Positions 40,381-50,222 of a stretch of 64,000 bases of DNA are shown here, piece after piece; positions within the stretch are counted from its first letter, which is position 1, and every line of letters begins with the position of its first letter. The notes under the pieces were generated by a model, which saw only the letters and a list, made by a program, of their open reading frames with translations, ran no database searches and was not told where the DNA came from. The position numbers were made by a program, and so were the translations under genes. This DNA is from Candidatus Bathyarchaeia archaeon (GTDB taxonomy: Archaea; Thermoproteota; Bathyarchaeia; Bathyarchaeales; Bathycorpusculaceae), in contig JBEKXL010000001.1 in assembly GCA_049512075.1 (NCBI GenBank), positions 160,001 to 224,000 of the forward strand, written 5' to 3'.

Positions 40381-40480
40381 AGCGGGGTGGGGTAGCCAGG
40401 ATTAACCCGCTGGGCTCATAAAAGCTCAGTTGCTTTGAGAAACCCAGAGATCAGTAGTTCAAATCTACTCCCCGCTACCA
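40381..40480 (+). tRNA. Initiator tRNA-Met (CAT) with a 21-nt intron at 37/38 (40421-40441) and encoded CCA
   Basis: A1:U72 pair, GGG/CCC anticodon stem, TTCAAAT T-loop, bulge-helix-bulge CTCA/TGAG with AAGC/GCTT intron helix. Confidence 0.95.
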
Positions 40481-40660
40481 AAGCCTACACGAAACTTCTC
40501 TTCACAAAAGCTTACGTCATCTTCTCGCACCTTTAGGCTTCAGAGCGCTTGAAATATCCGCTTCCTTCAAATCTCTCAAGATGCTTGATACTTGATCTAA
40601 CACTAGAAGGAAATCAAAAGTATTAATACCTCAACGTTCCAAACCCTAATGTGACTTACT

Positions 40661-42181
40661 TTGCAGATTGATGCCATAGAGAACTCTTTGCTTCAGGCCA
40701 CGATTAATCCGTTCCTCAAACGGATAATCAGCCTCATAGACAAGGAATGCCCGAGGGACGGAAATCTTCTCTTAAACTCTCTAAAAGACTTTTGGGCGAA
40801 CCGATTTCTCTATGTCCAACATGTAAGAGTGTAAGCAAAGCTGGCTAGACACTTTTACAGACTTGGAAGCAGCTTCCTACGAGTAGACAAGGACTTTATG
40901 CGAAATCAGTTTCTGAACGACGAATTCGGAGAAGCCTGGTTCAGAGGGTTCGACCTCATGATGAAGGGTGTAGAGAAATATGGCGTACGCATACCTTTTA
41001 CGCCCGCAGGACCCTTCGAAATCGTTTGGAACGTTACTTATCAATGCAATCTGAGATGCAAACACTGCTACGAGAACGCTGGCCAGAAACGCCCAGAACT
41101 CTCCACGGATGAAGCCAAACAAGTGTTAGACAAAATCGCAAAGCTGTCGGGCATCGGTCTGCCAGCGCTGTCCTTCAGCGGCGGTGAACCACTTGCGAGA
41201 AAGGACTTTTTTGAACTTGCAGCCTACACGAGAAAACGTGTGGGCTACTTAAGCATCGCCTCAAATGGCACATTGATTACTCGTGACAACGCAAAAAGAA
41301 TCAAGGATGCTGGGGTCGATTACGTTGAGATAAGCATCGATGGAACAACGCCCGGGGTTCATGACTCGTTCAGAGGCATCCCAGGCGCGTTTGAAAGGGC
41401 GACAGATGGTGTAAAAAACTCTCTTGAAGAGGGCGTGGACACTTGCATCGCAACCGTCTTGCACAGGGACAACATAAATGAGCTGAACAAGCTTATCGGA
41501 CTATCGAAACAGTTGGGCACGAGGTTCATGCATTTCAACTACATTCCCACGGGAAGGGCAAAGGCTCACGTTGAACTGGACTTGACTCCCAACCAGAGAT
41601 ACGAAGTGCTTGAAACCATCGGCAAAGAAATAGTAGGGCTTTACATGCAAAAGAAAGGAGAGGAAATCAAGTGGGGAAAATCGGACATCAAGGTTGACAG
41701 GTTCTTCAGCACATGTCCCCAGTACGCCAGTGTTACAAAAGAGCTGTCACAAAGGCAGGGTGGAAGGTTTATGGTGGAAGCTCACTATGCGACGAAGCAG
41801 GGTGTTGAGAACGTCGCTAACTTCTTAGGTGGATGCGGTGCTGGACGGCTGTACTGCTGCCTCGAACCAAACGGAGACATAAAACCCTGTGTCTTTTTCC
41901 AAACGTCCAAGGAAACAGTTCTTGGAAACATGCTGAAGGACAGCTTCGAAGAAATATGGGACACAAATCCGCTACTGTGGAAACTTCGCATAAGAGAAGA
42001 CCTTGAAGACTGTTCAGTGGACGGAAAGAAAGTGGGCTGCGGTGAATGCCCGGACAAGTACATATGCGGAGGGTGCAGGGCCAGAGCCTACAGCTACTTT
42101 GATGGCAACGTGAAAATGCCGGATGTCGGCTGCATTCACAATCAGCCTCTGTGGGAAAAGATATCTAACTCAAGGAACTAG
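40661..42181 (+). CDS. Radical SAM/SPASM protein; N-terminal region (40661-40897) interrupted by apparent indels
   Basis: CNLRCKHC, FSGGEPL, CGAGR...PC and CGEC...CGGCRARA; intact ORF from 40898; upstream coding-like sequence has TAA at 40832. Confidence 0.85.
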
Positions 42182-42224
42182 CGTGAAAAGAAAAATTAGA
42201 TATCTGCGCCAACAGTCGGCGGAC

Positions 42225-42422
42225 TCACGCCTTTCCTTTCTCTTCCTTTCCGAAATAGGTGGTCCATTTGAGTTTGCGCGCGTCTCTCCTCAAAAATAGG
42301 GAGCTTTTTCTGCACTTGCTTGAACAGAACCACAGAATCGATCCGTCATTCTTGATGAACATCATGCCGGTGCCCGCTGGGAATTCGCTGCCACAGAATG
42401 AACATTTTCTAGGCCTCGGCAT
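42225..42422 (-). CDS. rpl24e: 50S ribosomal protein L24e
   Basis: CSFCG...GTG.M....G....FCSSKC and RKLKWT. Confidence 0.96.
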   Translation of the reverse strand: MPRPRKCSFCGSEFPAGTGMMFIKNDGSILWFCSSKCRKSSLFLRRDARKLKWTTYFGKEEKGKA

Positions 42423-42454
42423 CAGCCATCTCTCCGAATAATCTGGATGCGAGC

Positions 42455-42685
42455 TTATCTGTTAATCTTCTTTGCTTCTCTCTCGGTTTCCCTGAGCATC
42501 AAAAGGTCCTGGATTCGCACGGGCCCTTTCACGTTGCGCGTTATAATGCGACCCTTGTCCTTCCCTTCAAGGATGCGTATTCTGACCTGCGAGATCTCGC
42601 CCGTAACACCAGTGCGTGCGATTACCTGAATCACTTCTGCCGGCGTAAGCTCTGCCTGCTCAGCCTCTCTCTCCTCTCTGCTCAT
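42455..42685 (-). CDS. rps28e: 30S ribosomal protein S28e
   Basis: RTGVTGE..QV and [18 protein letters not shown]. Confidence 0.96.
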   Translation of the reverse strand: MSREEREAEQAELTPAEVIQVIARTGVTGEISQVRIRILEGKDKGRIITRNVKGPVRIQDLLMLRETEREAKKINR

Positions 42686-43065
42686 TAGGTCGTTCCTCTT
42701 CTCAACTGTTCAACTCTCGTGACAATCTCTTTTACCAATCCCGCGGCGTCTCCTTCTTTGACGATGCACGCCGCTCCAGCAGGAACGTCAATACCTATGG
42801 CACTGCCAATCTTTTCCTTGCTCGGAACGAATATGTAGGGAATTTTCCTCTCTTCACACAGCAAAGGCAAATGGGCAACGACTTCCGGTGGCTGTACATC
42901 TTCAGCTATCACCACAAGTTTGGCCTGAGCTCTTTCAATAGCCTTCGTCGTCTCATTCGTGCCTTTCCTAACTGCACCTGTCTTAGCGACTATTTGCAGG
43001 GCTTCATAGGCGGCATCTGCCAGCTCTTTTGAAACTTCAAACTTCACATAGAATGGCTTGGACAT
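42685..43065 (-). CDS. rpl7ae: 50S ribosomal protein L7Ae
   Basis: [12 protein letters not shown] and [20 protein letters not shown]. Confidence 0.97.
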   Translation of the reverse strand: MSKPFYVKFEVSKELADAAYEALQIVAKTGAVRKGTNETTKAIERAQAKLVVIAEDVQPPEVVAHLPLLCEERKIPYIFVPSKEKIGSAIGIDVPAGAACIVKEGDAAGLVKEIVTRVEQLRRGTT

Positions 43066-43670
43066 AAGCCTCTCCCTTCAAATGCACAGTCTAATCAACA
43101 GTTCCTATTTAAGAAGGTTTCGACCCCAGTTAGCGGGCGCGCATGCGTATTCCTGAAACGGTTAAGAATGGTGTTTATTTCTTTTTCGCGGGGTTTGAGT
43201 ATAGGAAAACTCTTCGTGTAGGGTCTGCCCGAGCTCCCATGATATGCCATGCCTCAAAGCGGCCAAAATTTGCCTATCAAACAAGTCCATACCAGATGCT
43301 AACAAGCATGAGAAGAACATAAACCGTTTTACACAAACTCGAGAAAAAACATGCGCGTCACGGCACACTAAACCCGATAAAGCATATTTGGCTCCAAATA
43401 GAGGGGCCTACACCCGTTGCGCGCACACACAAAAACAACACGAAACAAGAACACTGCTCAGCCTCACTACACCTAAAAACCGAATTCAGGAACACACATG
43501 CACGCTACTAATTGTACAGAGAGACAACCCAAAGGAGCCAGAGCCAAAACCATAGCTTTGAAACCTCAAGCAGACTCCGAGCGCGCACGAAAACTTGAGG
43601 GGACAGCCTACTTCGGAAAAGAAGAAAAAGGAAAACCCTGACAACCCTTCATGCAGTGCCCGTTTTCCTT

Positions 43671-44513
43671 CTATACATTTTTCTTTGGCAAATAAACGGC
43701 ACAAAGCAGTCCGAAGTACGTGGGTACCTGATAAGATAACAGACGCCCAACCATTTCAGTGTGATTCAGAATGCCCTGCAATATGGCCAATTGCCAGAGG
43801 CTATCAGGCTTCGCATCTTCGACAAACTGCGGCGGTAAGCTAAGCAGCGGAACCAAATCATTCTTCAAAACAGCGTTCCTAACTTCTTCGTCATACTTCG
43901 CAGATGCCAAATGAAAGCCATACGGACCCTTAGCATCGTGAGCGTGACCTTGGTCAGCGCTTGCCACGAAAGCAATCTTCCTGCCTGAAGCCTCAGCGGC
44001 CTCGGCGACCACGCGTCCGAAACGCACAAGGCTCTGCAACGGAATTTCCCTTGAAGGCGTGACTATCACAACATTAGGCCCTGCCTGACCCTGCCCAACA
44101 AGAAACCATAGCGGTATCAGTGTACCCCAATCCATAGGCATACAAGAAGCTTCACCTTCGCTAGCACCATAGTTGACACCTACGACAGGAAGCGCAAGCT
44201 TCCTTGCGCTTTCCAGGATCTGCCTTGCCAGTTGTCGATCACATTTACAGCGAAGTCTAATCGTGTTGCCGTTGGCCTCCAACTTTCCCTCAGCAAACTC
44301 TGCAGTTACAACGCCTACAGTTCCCTCCAAACGCATATTATGCGGCGTGGCTAAAACAATCGTGTCAGGCTTATTCTGCTTCATCTCCTTCCCCAGCTGT
44401 TCCATCCCCCTGCGGGTCTCAGCAAAAGCTTCAAGCATGTCCCCAGCCAATTCTGGAATGGCCTCCGCTCCATGCGGTGCAATGCACGCAAAAACCACAC
44501 TCATCTTCGCCAT
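43671..44513 (-). CDS. LigB/MEMO-like extradiol dioxygenase subunit B family protein
   Basis: APHG, TPH, MDWGTLIPL, ASADQGH and YQVPTYFG motifs. Confidence 0.85.
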   Translation of the reverse strand: MAKMSVVFACIAPHGAEAIPELAGDMLEAFAETRRGMEQLGKEMKQNKPDTIVLATPHNMRLEGTVGVVTAEFAEGKLEANGNTIRLRCKCDRQLARQILESARKLALPVVGVNYGASEGEASCMPMDWGTLIPLWFLVGQGQAGPNVVIVTPSREIPLQSLVRFGRVVAEAAEASGRKIAFVASADQGHAHDAKGPYGFHLASAKYDEEVRNAVLKNDLVPLLSLPPQFVEDAKPDSLWQLAILQGILNHTEMVGRLLSYQVPTYFGLLCAVYLPKKNV

Positions 44514-44611
44514 CCACCACGGATATTGTCCACGAACCTCAAAGTAATAAACTAGTGGTATTCCGGTTCTGTTAACTCTTCGGGTCTTGCATGGATAAAT
44601 GTTTGTCCATG

Positions 44612-45301
44612 TTAACCAAAGGGGCTTTTCTGCGAAACTTCATCTATTTTTACAATAGACGATATGTCCATAGATCCATCGAGCATATGTACCCCAATTT
44701 GGTAGCAACGACTTACACTAGGATACTTCGGTTGAATCTGTCTAATGAGTTCGGCGATTTTTTGAGCATGATATAGACAACTATCGTCAACTCTAGTAAA
44801 CTCAGTAGATGGTCTGATTGTTTTGTTAAAATTAACTATGATGTCTTTAACCTCCTCTTCTTTTGCCTCGTATGGACAAATGGCTGCTACTTTATTCTCT
44901 TCCCATCTTGCTAGCCCATCTCCCAATGAGGGATGAACCACATCAAGTCTAAGCTTTGGGATTTCATTCAAAAGTGTTATGTAACTGTATATCCATCCTG
45001 TTAGCCCAATGTCGTCTTCAGTAATTGAAAAAAGAATCTTAGCAGACTTGAAGCGTTCTTCTTTAATTATCTCATAGATTTGGTCTGTGTTGGTAATAGT
45101 TTCTTTTTCAAGTCTAGTTTTCACGGCATTAAGCAAGTCAGTTCTTCCAGCTCCAGTAATCAATCCGCAACTCGTTTTTTGAATTTTCACGGAATTATCG
45201 GTATAACCTATTATTTGTTTTGCTTGATTGAAGAAAACAGTTCGCGTGTCCGCAGCCAGAAGAACATAGTTCCCAAAATTGATTCCTAATGCGATTGTCA
45301 T
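44612..45301 (-). CDS. Proteasome-beta/Ntn-hydrolase-like protein with N-terminal Thr
   Basis: M-T1-IALG...AAD17-T-R19, VKI and ITGAG match the proteasome-beta/HslV active-site pattern. Confidence 0.72.
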   Translation of the reverse strand: MTIALGINFGNYVLLAADTRTVFFNQAKQIIGYTDNSVKIQKTSCGLITGAGRTDLLNAVKTRLEKETITNTDQIYEIIKEERFKSAKILFSITEDDIGLTGWIYSYITLLNEIPKLRLDVVHPSLGDGLARWEENKVAAICPYEAKEEEVKDIIVNFNKTIRPSTEFTRVDDSCLYHAQKIAELIRQIQPKYPSVSRCYQIGVHMLDGSMDISSIVKIDEVSQKSPFG

Positions 45302-45534
45302 AGTATTCAGAAGAGTTCTAACACAGAGCTACTAAAAAACATAAATGAAAACACACGGTTCGAGCACGCATTTTTCTGATGGTGTGTGCAGGGTTCTGCT
45401 TATTTCGGCTGAAAATTTACCAAGAGCAAATAATGATATTAGCGAGCACTGTCTAAGCATGTTTGTTACTTTTATTAAGGTCGACCTATTCCAATCATAC
45501 GAAGTGCCTCCACCCGCATTTATGGTGACAGTAA

Positions 45535-45957
45535 ATGAATAGAAAATTGTTTAATCTTGCGAAAAGTTCTGCATTGGTTTTTGCTCTTGGTTTTCTTCCA
45601 GTTCCCTTCTTGATTCATGTGGGTTATGCTCCCTTGCTTGTCTGCAGTTTTTCTATGGCACTCATGCTTTTGTGGTCTGATGGACTGTTGACGTTATTTT
45701 CAATACGAAAAGGAGCTACCGAAATCAATCCCATCATAAACTTCCTAAACAACATAGCTGGAGAAAAAAGGGGAGTTTTGTTGTCTAGGGTTGTAGGTTC
45801 AATTTTTCCATTAGTCGGCTTGCTGGAAAGGAATCTCTATTTCACTTTGGCGATTTCGTGGGTGTTCGCTGCGGTGATTTTTCTAAATTCTGCAACTCTA
45901 CTCTCGGTACTTGCCGAAAATATAGATGCAAAACAGACCTACCACGCCAATGAATAG
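45535..45957 (+). CDS. Membrane protein, DUF5658-like
   Basis: About four TM segments; D.LLT....G..E.NP motif. Confidence 0.6.
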   Translation: MNRKLFNLAKSSALVFALGFLPVPFLIHVGYAPLLVCSFSMALMLLWSDGLLTLFSIRKGATEINPIINFLNNIAGEKRGVLLSRVVGSIFPLVGLLERNLYFTLAISWVFAAVIFLNSATLLSVLAENIDAKQTYHANE

Positions 45958-46083
45958 CAACCAATACTGAGGCGCTAAAAGCGATCCCACAGCGGAAGCA
46001 ACTATCCATATCGTCCCGATTGCAAAGCAAGCTATTAAAAACACTAGAGCTATGTTATGCCAGCTCACATCGTCCTCACTCAT
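45898..46083 (-). CDS. Small two-TM protein
   Basis: GAGGTGA RBS upstream; two hydrophobic helices; overlaps the convergent gene. Confidence 0.45.
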   Translation of the reverse strand: MSEDDVSWHNIALVFLIACFAIGTIWIVASAVGSLLAPQYWLLFIGVVGLFCIYIFGKYRE

Positions 46084-46541
46084 CTTGAACCTTCACCTCT
46101 CTCCAAATTGTTTCTTTTACTGGCTAAGAAAGGCTGGCAACGCTTCTAGCCCTCTGATCGGTCGCCCCTCAAAACACAAGTTTTAAATGTGCAATTATGC
46201 ACATTTCTACTTGCGAAATCTGAGAGAGTGGCGATGACCCTTTGGCTAGGAGAGTCACCCGCCTCGTTTATAGCCATTTTAACAGTAGTACAGCTTACAT
46301 ATTTAAGATTAACTGTAATCGCACTAGTATGACCAAAACGACGCGAGAATCCTTTGCATGTTGGTGAAACTTAGTGTGCATGATGATGCTGTACAACATG
46401 GTCAAAGGATTTTCGCTCATGCATGAAATCTGCTTCTCACTGGGAGTTAGAACTGTGTCGATTTTATTTTATTACAAAACGGCATAGACAGTTAACTATA
46501 TATTGCCGATGTTACAACACACTCTACAAGTGTGATTCACG

Positions 46542-46832
46542 TTGGAGAAGCCTCAAAAGATGAAGATTGTAAGTGTCAAGGAGATTCCTTTCAAGCTAAA
46601 GAAAAAGGGTGATGAGTGGTTACAACAGATTCTAAAGATACCTCCTGGCAAGGCTTGGGTACTTACAGAGGAAGAGGCGGGCATACAAGCTGCATCACTT
46701 AGAATGATGGTGGACAGACTGAAAAAGATTGGAGAACTATCAGATCATTACAAGCTAACACAACGTATGATTAAAGGCAAGGTTACGGTATACATCATTA
46801 ACACTGCAGAGGAAAAGACAGAGTTGGTATGA
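46542..46832 (+). CDS. Small basic hypothetical protein, possibly DNA-binding
   Basis: Lys-rich 96-aa ORF inside the transposon; TATA-like TAACTATATA upstream. Confidence 0.6.
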   Translation: MEKPQKMKIVSVKEIPFKLKKKGDEWLQQILKIPPGKAWVLTEEEAGIQAASLRMMVDRLKKIGELSDHYKLTQRMIKGKVTVYIINTAEEKTELV

Positions 46833-47090
46833 CATACAAAATTACAAGTTAAGAGTAGACGACCGATAACAGAGAACATGAACGCATACCGCAGGGTTAT
46901 GGCCACGGTGTTGGGCGTGCCCAATAGCACTAGCGGTATGGTATGCCAGCTATGGTGGCGGGCTGTTTCTGTTTCTCTGTCGGCATACGTCTGCCCTTAT
47001 TATAGAGTCTCTTCGTATAAAAGTTTATTCCTCGGTACATACTTCAGTATATGAGTGGGAATAGACGCCTGAATATACTTCAGCATACGC

Positions 47091-47255
47091 CTATTTGCCT
47101 TCACGTTCTACTATGAGCTTGCTCCCATCAATTCTAACAGTGATGATCTCGCCCACTTTAAAGGGAAAGTTACTGTCTTCGATTAGGTCTTTCTGCAAAT
47201 AGATTGTGTGCCTAGAACCAACTCTACTGATTTTTGTCTTCACTTGACGCACCAC
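47091..47255 (-). CDS. AbrB/MazE-like DNA-binding protein (54 aa, absent from the ORF track)
   Basis: VRQVKTKISRVGSRHTIYLQKDLIEDSNFPFKVGEIITVRIDGSKLIVEREGK; divergent from the transposase. Confidence 0.75.
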   Translation of the reverse strand: MVRQVKTKISRVGSRHTIYLQKDLIEDSNFPFKVGEIITVRIDGSKLIVEREGK

Positions 47256-47317
47256 TTTGAGCACCGTCGCATATACCTAAGTATGCAGACTTATTTAAAT
47301 CTTTATACACGTGAGTT

Positions 47318-47377
47318 TATACCACGGTGTAGAAACTGTTATATACTTGTGTGTACATTAGTATATACCACGGTGTA
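47318..47377. promoter_or_regulatory. Operator-like repeats between abrB-like gene and transposase
   Basis: TATACCACGGTGTA at 47318 and 47364; variant TATACTTGTGTGTA at 47342. Confidence 0.65.
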
Positions 47378-47382
47378 AACCG

Positions 47383-48553
47383 ATGAGAACCTCAAACACA
47401 CGCAAAATCCGTGCGTACTCTCTCCTAGCTCACGGAAAGGTTGACAAGATAAGCGATTTTGCTTATCGTGTCTGGTCTCAGACTGAGGAAGGCAAACACT
47501 ACATTGTTGTTAGGGAAGGGCTTGAGTGGAGATGCGAGTGTCCAGATTTTGTTTTCAATCATGTGGCTTGCAAGCACATTCATGCGGTTGAACAGATTAG
47601 GTTAAATGAGCAAGTCGCATTTCCTTCTGAGAAAGAGGGTGAGAACCTATGCAAAGAAGTGGAATCACCAGAGTCGGTTTGTAAATTCTGTGGCTCCGAG
47701 AACATCGTGAAGAGAGGGTACAGAAGCACTCAGAACGGAAAGGTTCAACGGTTCTTCTGCAACAACTGCAAAAGAAAATTGAATGAAGGCTACTCCTGAA
47801 ACAATCACGGTAGCTCTAGATCTGTACTTCAAAGGAATCAGTATGAGGGCAATCGTTGACCACATAAAGCAGTTTTATGGAGTAGAGGTTAGTCATGTGG
47901 CGATTTACAAGTGGATTCGCAAGTACGTTTCGATGATGAAGAAATATTGTGATCAGCTAGTTCCTAGAGTTAGCGGAATTTGGCACAGTGACGAAATGGC
48001 CTTGAACATAAAGGATTTGGACAATCACGACAGCTTGAGATGGGCTTGGAACGTGATCGACAACAAAAGTCGGTTCTGGCTTGCTAGTCAGATAACGGAG
48101 AAGAGGGAAATTGCTGACGCTAGGAAAGTGTTGGCTCAAGCCTCGACACTTTCGCAAACGAGACCTATGGCCGTTGTGACTGATGGATTGAGAGCTTATC
48201 AGGACGCGATACCCAAGGAGTTCTTCACTATGAAGGGGCCAAGGACTCAGCACGTTAGGATTCCGAACATTAGAGACAGGTCGAACAACAACATGGTTGA
48301 AAGACTTCACGGAACGATTAGGCAGAGGAACAAGGTTATGCGTGGACTAGATGATACGGAAACAGCACAGACAATGATGAATGGACTCAGAATCTACTAC
48401 AACTTCATGAGACCTCATATGGCACTAGATGGAAAAACTCCAGCACAAGAAGCAAGAATCGTCGATAGTTCAAAACCCGAGAATTGGCTCTCCCTAATCA
48501 AGAAGGCAAGTCAACACCAGATGTTTGAGGCACAGCCCAAGGACTCTCGCTAG
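47383..48553 (+). pseudogene. IS6-family DDE transposase with N-terminal SWIM and Zn-ribbon, split into two overlapping frames
   Basis: CECPDF..CKH (SWIM) and CKFC..CNNC in ORF1; HTH, WHSDE, VVTDG and NNMVERLHG in ORF2; frame change at ~47783-47799. Confidence 0.85.
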
Positions 48554-48568
48554 AAGCTCAAAAGTAGG

Positions 48569-49165
48569 TTATATAACTGTGATTTCGATACTACCAAATT
48601 TTGGATCTGAAGAAAGATGGGCGAAGCTTTTGTCTGCGGTTATTAGGCCATCTGCAAAAAACCCTAATGCGAGAAAAGCATGAACTAGGTCAATCCATCC
48701 TAAGCCCTTGTAGGTGTAATGTTCAAAAGAACCGTTACAAATTTGGCATCTGTAATACTTCTTGGCAATTCCGAAATAGTCCTTCGAGTAATCATAGACA
48801 TCTTTCATCATTTGTTTTAGATCGACTGGAGTAAAATCGCTAAAAAGAATTAGTCCCTGATCTTCCATTTGAGTAAGAACTTGTAGCAGGTCTTTGATTT
48901 TTGTGTCAGATTCTCCTTTTAGATATAAGTTCTGTGATATTGTGTCCAACAAATCAAGTTTTGACTTATCTGTTCTTTCAGTAACTCTGCGCCTAATGAC
49001 ATCTATAACCTCCATTAATGTTAGCATAGAAACCAACCCGATAATTTTCTTCTTCATTATGTCGTCTTCGATTATTCTCCTTGCATCATTGTAGAATCTG
49101 TCTGTTGGGCCTAACTGATATGACAATATAATTGAAGAGTCAAGATACTTGACTGGCAAAGTCAC
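48569..49165 (-). CDS. PIN-domain (VapC-like) nuclease with a CxxC insertion
   Basis: YLDSSII, LTLME, D.VH..A and LITAD.SF; CQIC insert. Confidence 0.85.
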   Translation of the reverse strand: MTLPVKYLDSSIILSYQLGPTDRFYNDARRIIEDDIMKKKIIGLVSMLTLMEVIDVIRRRVTERTDKSKLDLLDTISQNLYLKGESDTKIKDLLQVLTQMEDQGLILFSDFTPVDLKQMMKDVYDYSKDYFGIAKKYYRCQICNGSFEHYTYKGLGWIDLVHAFLALGFFADGLITADKSFAHLSSDPKFGSIEITVI

Positions 49166-49527
49166 GAGCGTTTCCTCAACGTCCTGACTAACTCTACTGC
49201 ATCTTTTTCATCAGAGTATTTTGAAAGAGAACCATCAAGCAAAGAAAGATCGACTCTCTCATCGGTTATTTCTGGCAAAGAGTATTCATCTCGAAGTTTC
49301 TTTGATAATGTCATGCTTTGTCTCGTTATCATATTACGAATGATCAACTTTTTTGCGGAAAAAGGTTGTTCTGCAGAATTTTCTTTCACGATAGGTCTTA
49401 TTTGAAGTTGGGTCGTGATTTCAGCCATAAAACCGCTATCTCTAAGAAAAGCCAAGAGTTCGGCCCATTTCTCGGGAAGCTGTTCTCTTTCGCTCTTTTT
49501 CTCAAACAGTTGACTGTAATTGGCCAT
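49162..49527 (-). CDS. Hypothetical protein, putative antitoxin
   Basis: Stop overlaps the PIN start (GTGA); C-terminal DAVELVRTLR resembles archaeal VapB-like tails. Confidence 0.6.
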   Translation of the reverse strand: MANYSQLFEKKSEREQLPEKWAELLAFLRDSGFMAEITTQLQIRPIVKENSAEQPFSAKKLIIRNMITRQSMTLSKKLRDEYSLPEITDERVDLSLLDGSLSKYSDEKDAVELVRTLRKRS

Positions 49528-49529
49528 GT

Positions 49530-50222
49530 TTAGCCCTTCAAGATGCTCAAGAACTCGTTACAGTCTTTAATTGAGTCTTGAACCAACTTAGCTAATTCAA
49601 TAGTCGCGGGGGAAGTCTTAAACTTTGTTATCAATTCGATTTTTAGAAGATTTTTCTCCATATCTTCAAGTATATCATAACTTTGTTTCTTGTCAGTAGA
49701 TTCTTGTGATACCATGATTTCCCGTAGTCCAAATGTAAATTCATTTCTTTGGCTCTTCAATTTCTTTACTAGGGGAAAGTCAATTTCACTAACGAGGTAT
49801 TCTTTTAGAGGAACTTCAAATCTAGCAGTCAATTTTACATTTGCGCTTTCAACGACTTTGGCACTTGCCCCTAGAAAGACACCGAGAAACAGATTGAAAT
49901 TTGATTGTGCCTCACGAAGAATTTCCTCTCGGGGAGGTTGCGCTTCTTTCTCTGGCGGGATTGATGTCTTATGAACCTTGAAGTCCATTTGAAGAGTGAT
50001 TTTCTTGGATGACACGAATATGTTGTATCCTCGACCTGATCTCAAGCCCTTCCTAGGCATTTCGTCAAGGGTTTCGCTTATTTCAATAGGTAACGAAAAT
50101 TCAGTCTTCATATCGCCTAATTTTATGTTGTCAATTGCTCTGTCAATTTTTTCCCATTCAGATTCGTATTTAGTGGTTATTTCCAAAATCAGAAAATTAG
50201 CATCTTCGTCTCTGAGCATCAT
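49530..50222 (-). CDS. Hypothetical alpha/beta protein, first gene of the PIN operon
   Basis: 230-aa ORF ending 2 nt before the next start. Confidence 0.7.
   Translation of the reverse strand: MMLRDEDANFLILEITTKYESEWEKIDRAIDNIKLGDMKTEFSLPIEISETLDEMPRKGLRSGRGYNIFVSSKKITLQMDFKVHKTSIPPEKEAQPPREEILREAQSNFNLFLGVFLGASAKVVESANVKLTARFEVPLKEYLVSEIDFPLVKKLKSQRNEFTFGLREIMVSQESTDKKQSYDILEDMEKNLLKIELITKFKTSPATIELAKLVQDSIKDCNEFLSILKG

Noticed and set aside
40421-40441. tRNA intron as a novelty
   Set aside because: A canonical 37/38 BHB intron, common in TACK archaea.
46880-47090. Scattered GCATAC/ATACTTCAG short repeats inside the transposon
   Set aside because: Too short and irregular to separate from chance in AT-rich DNA.
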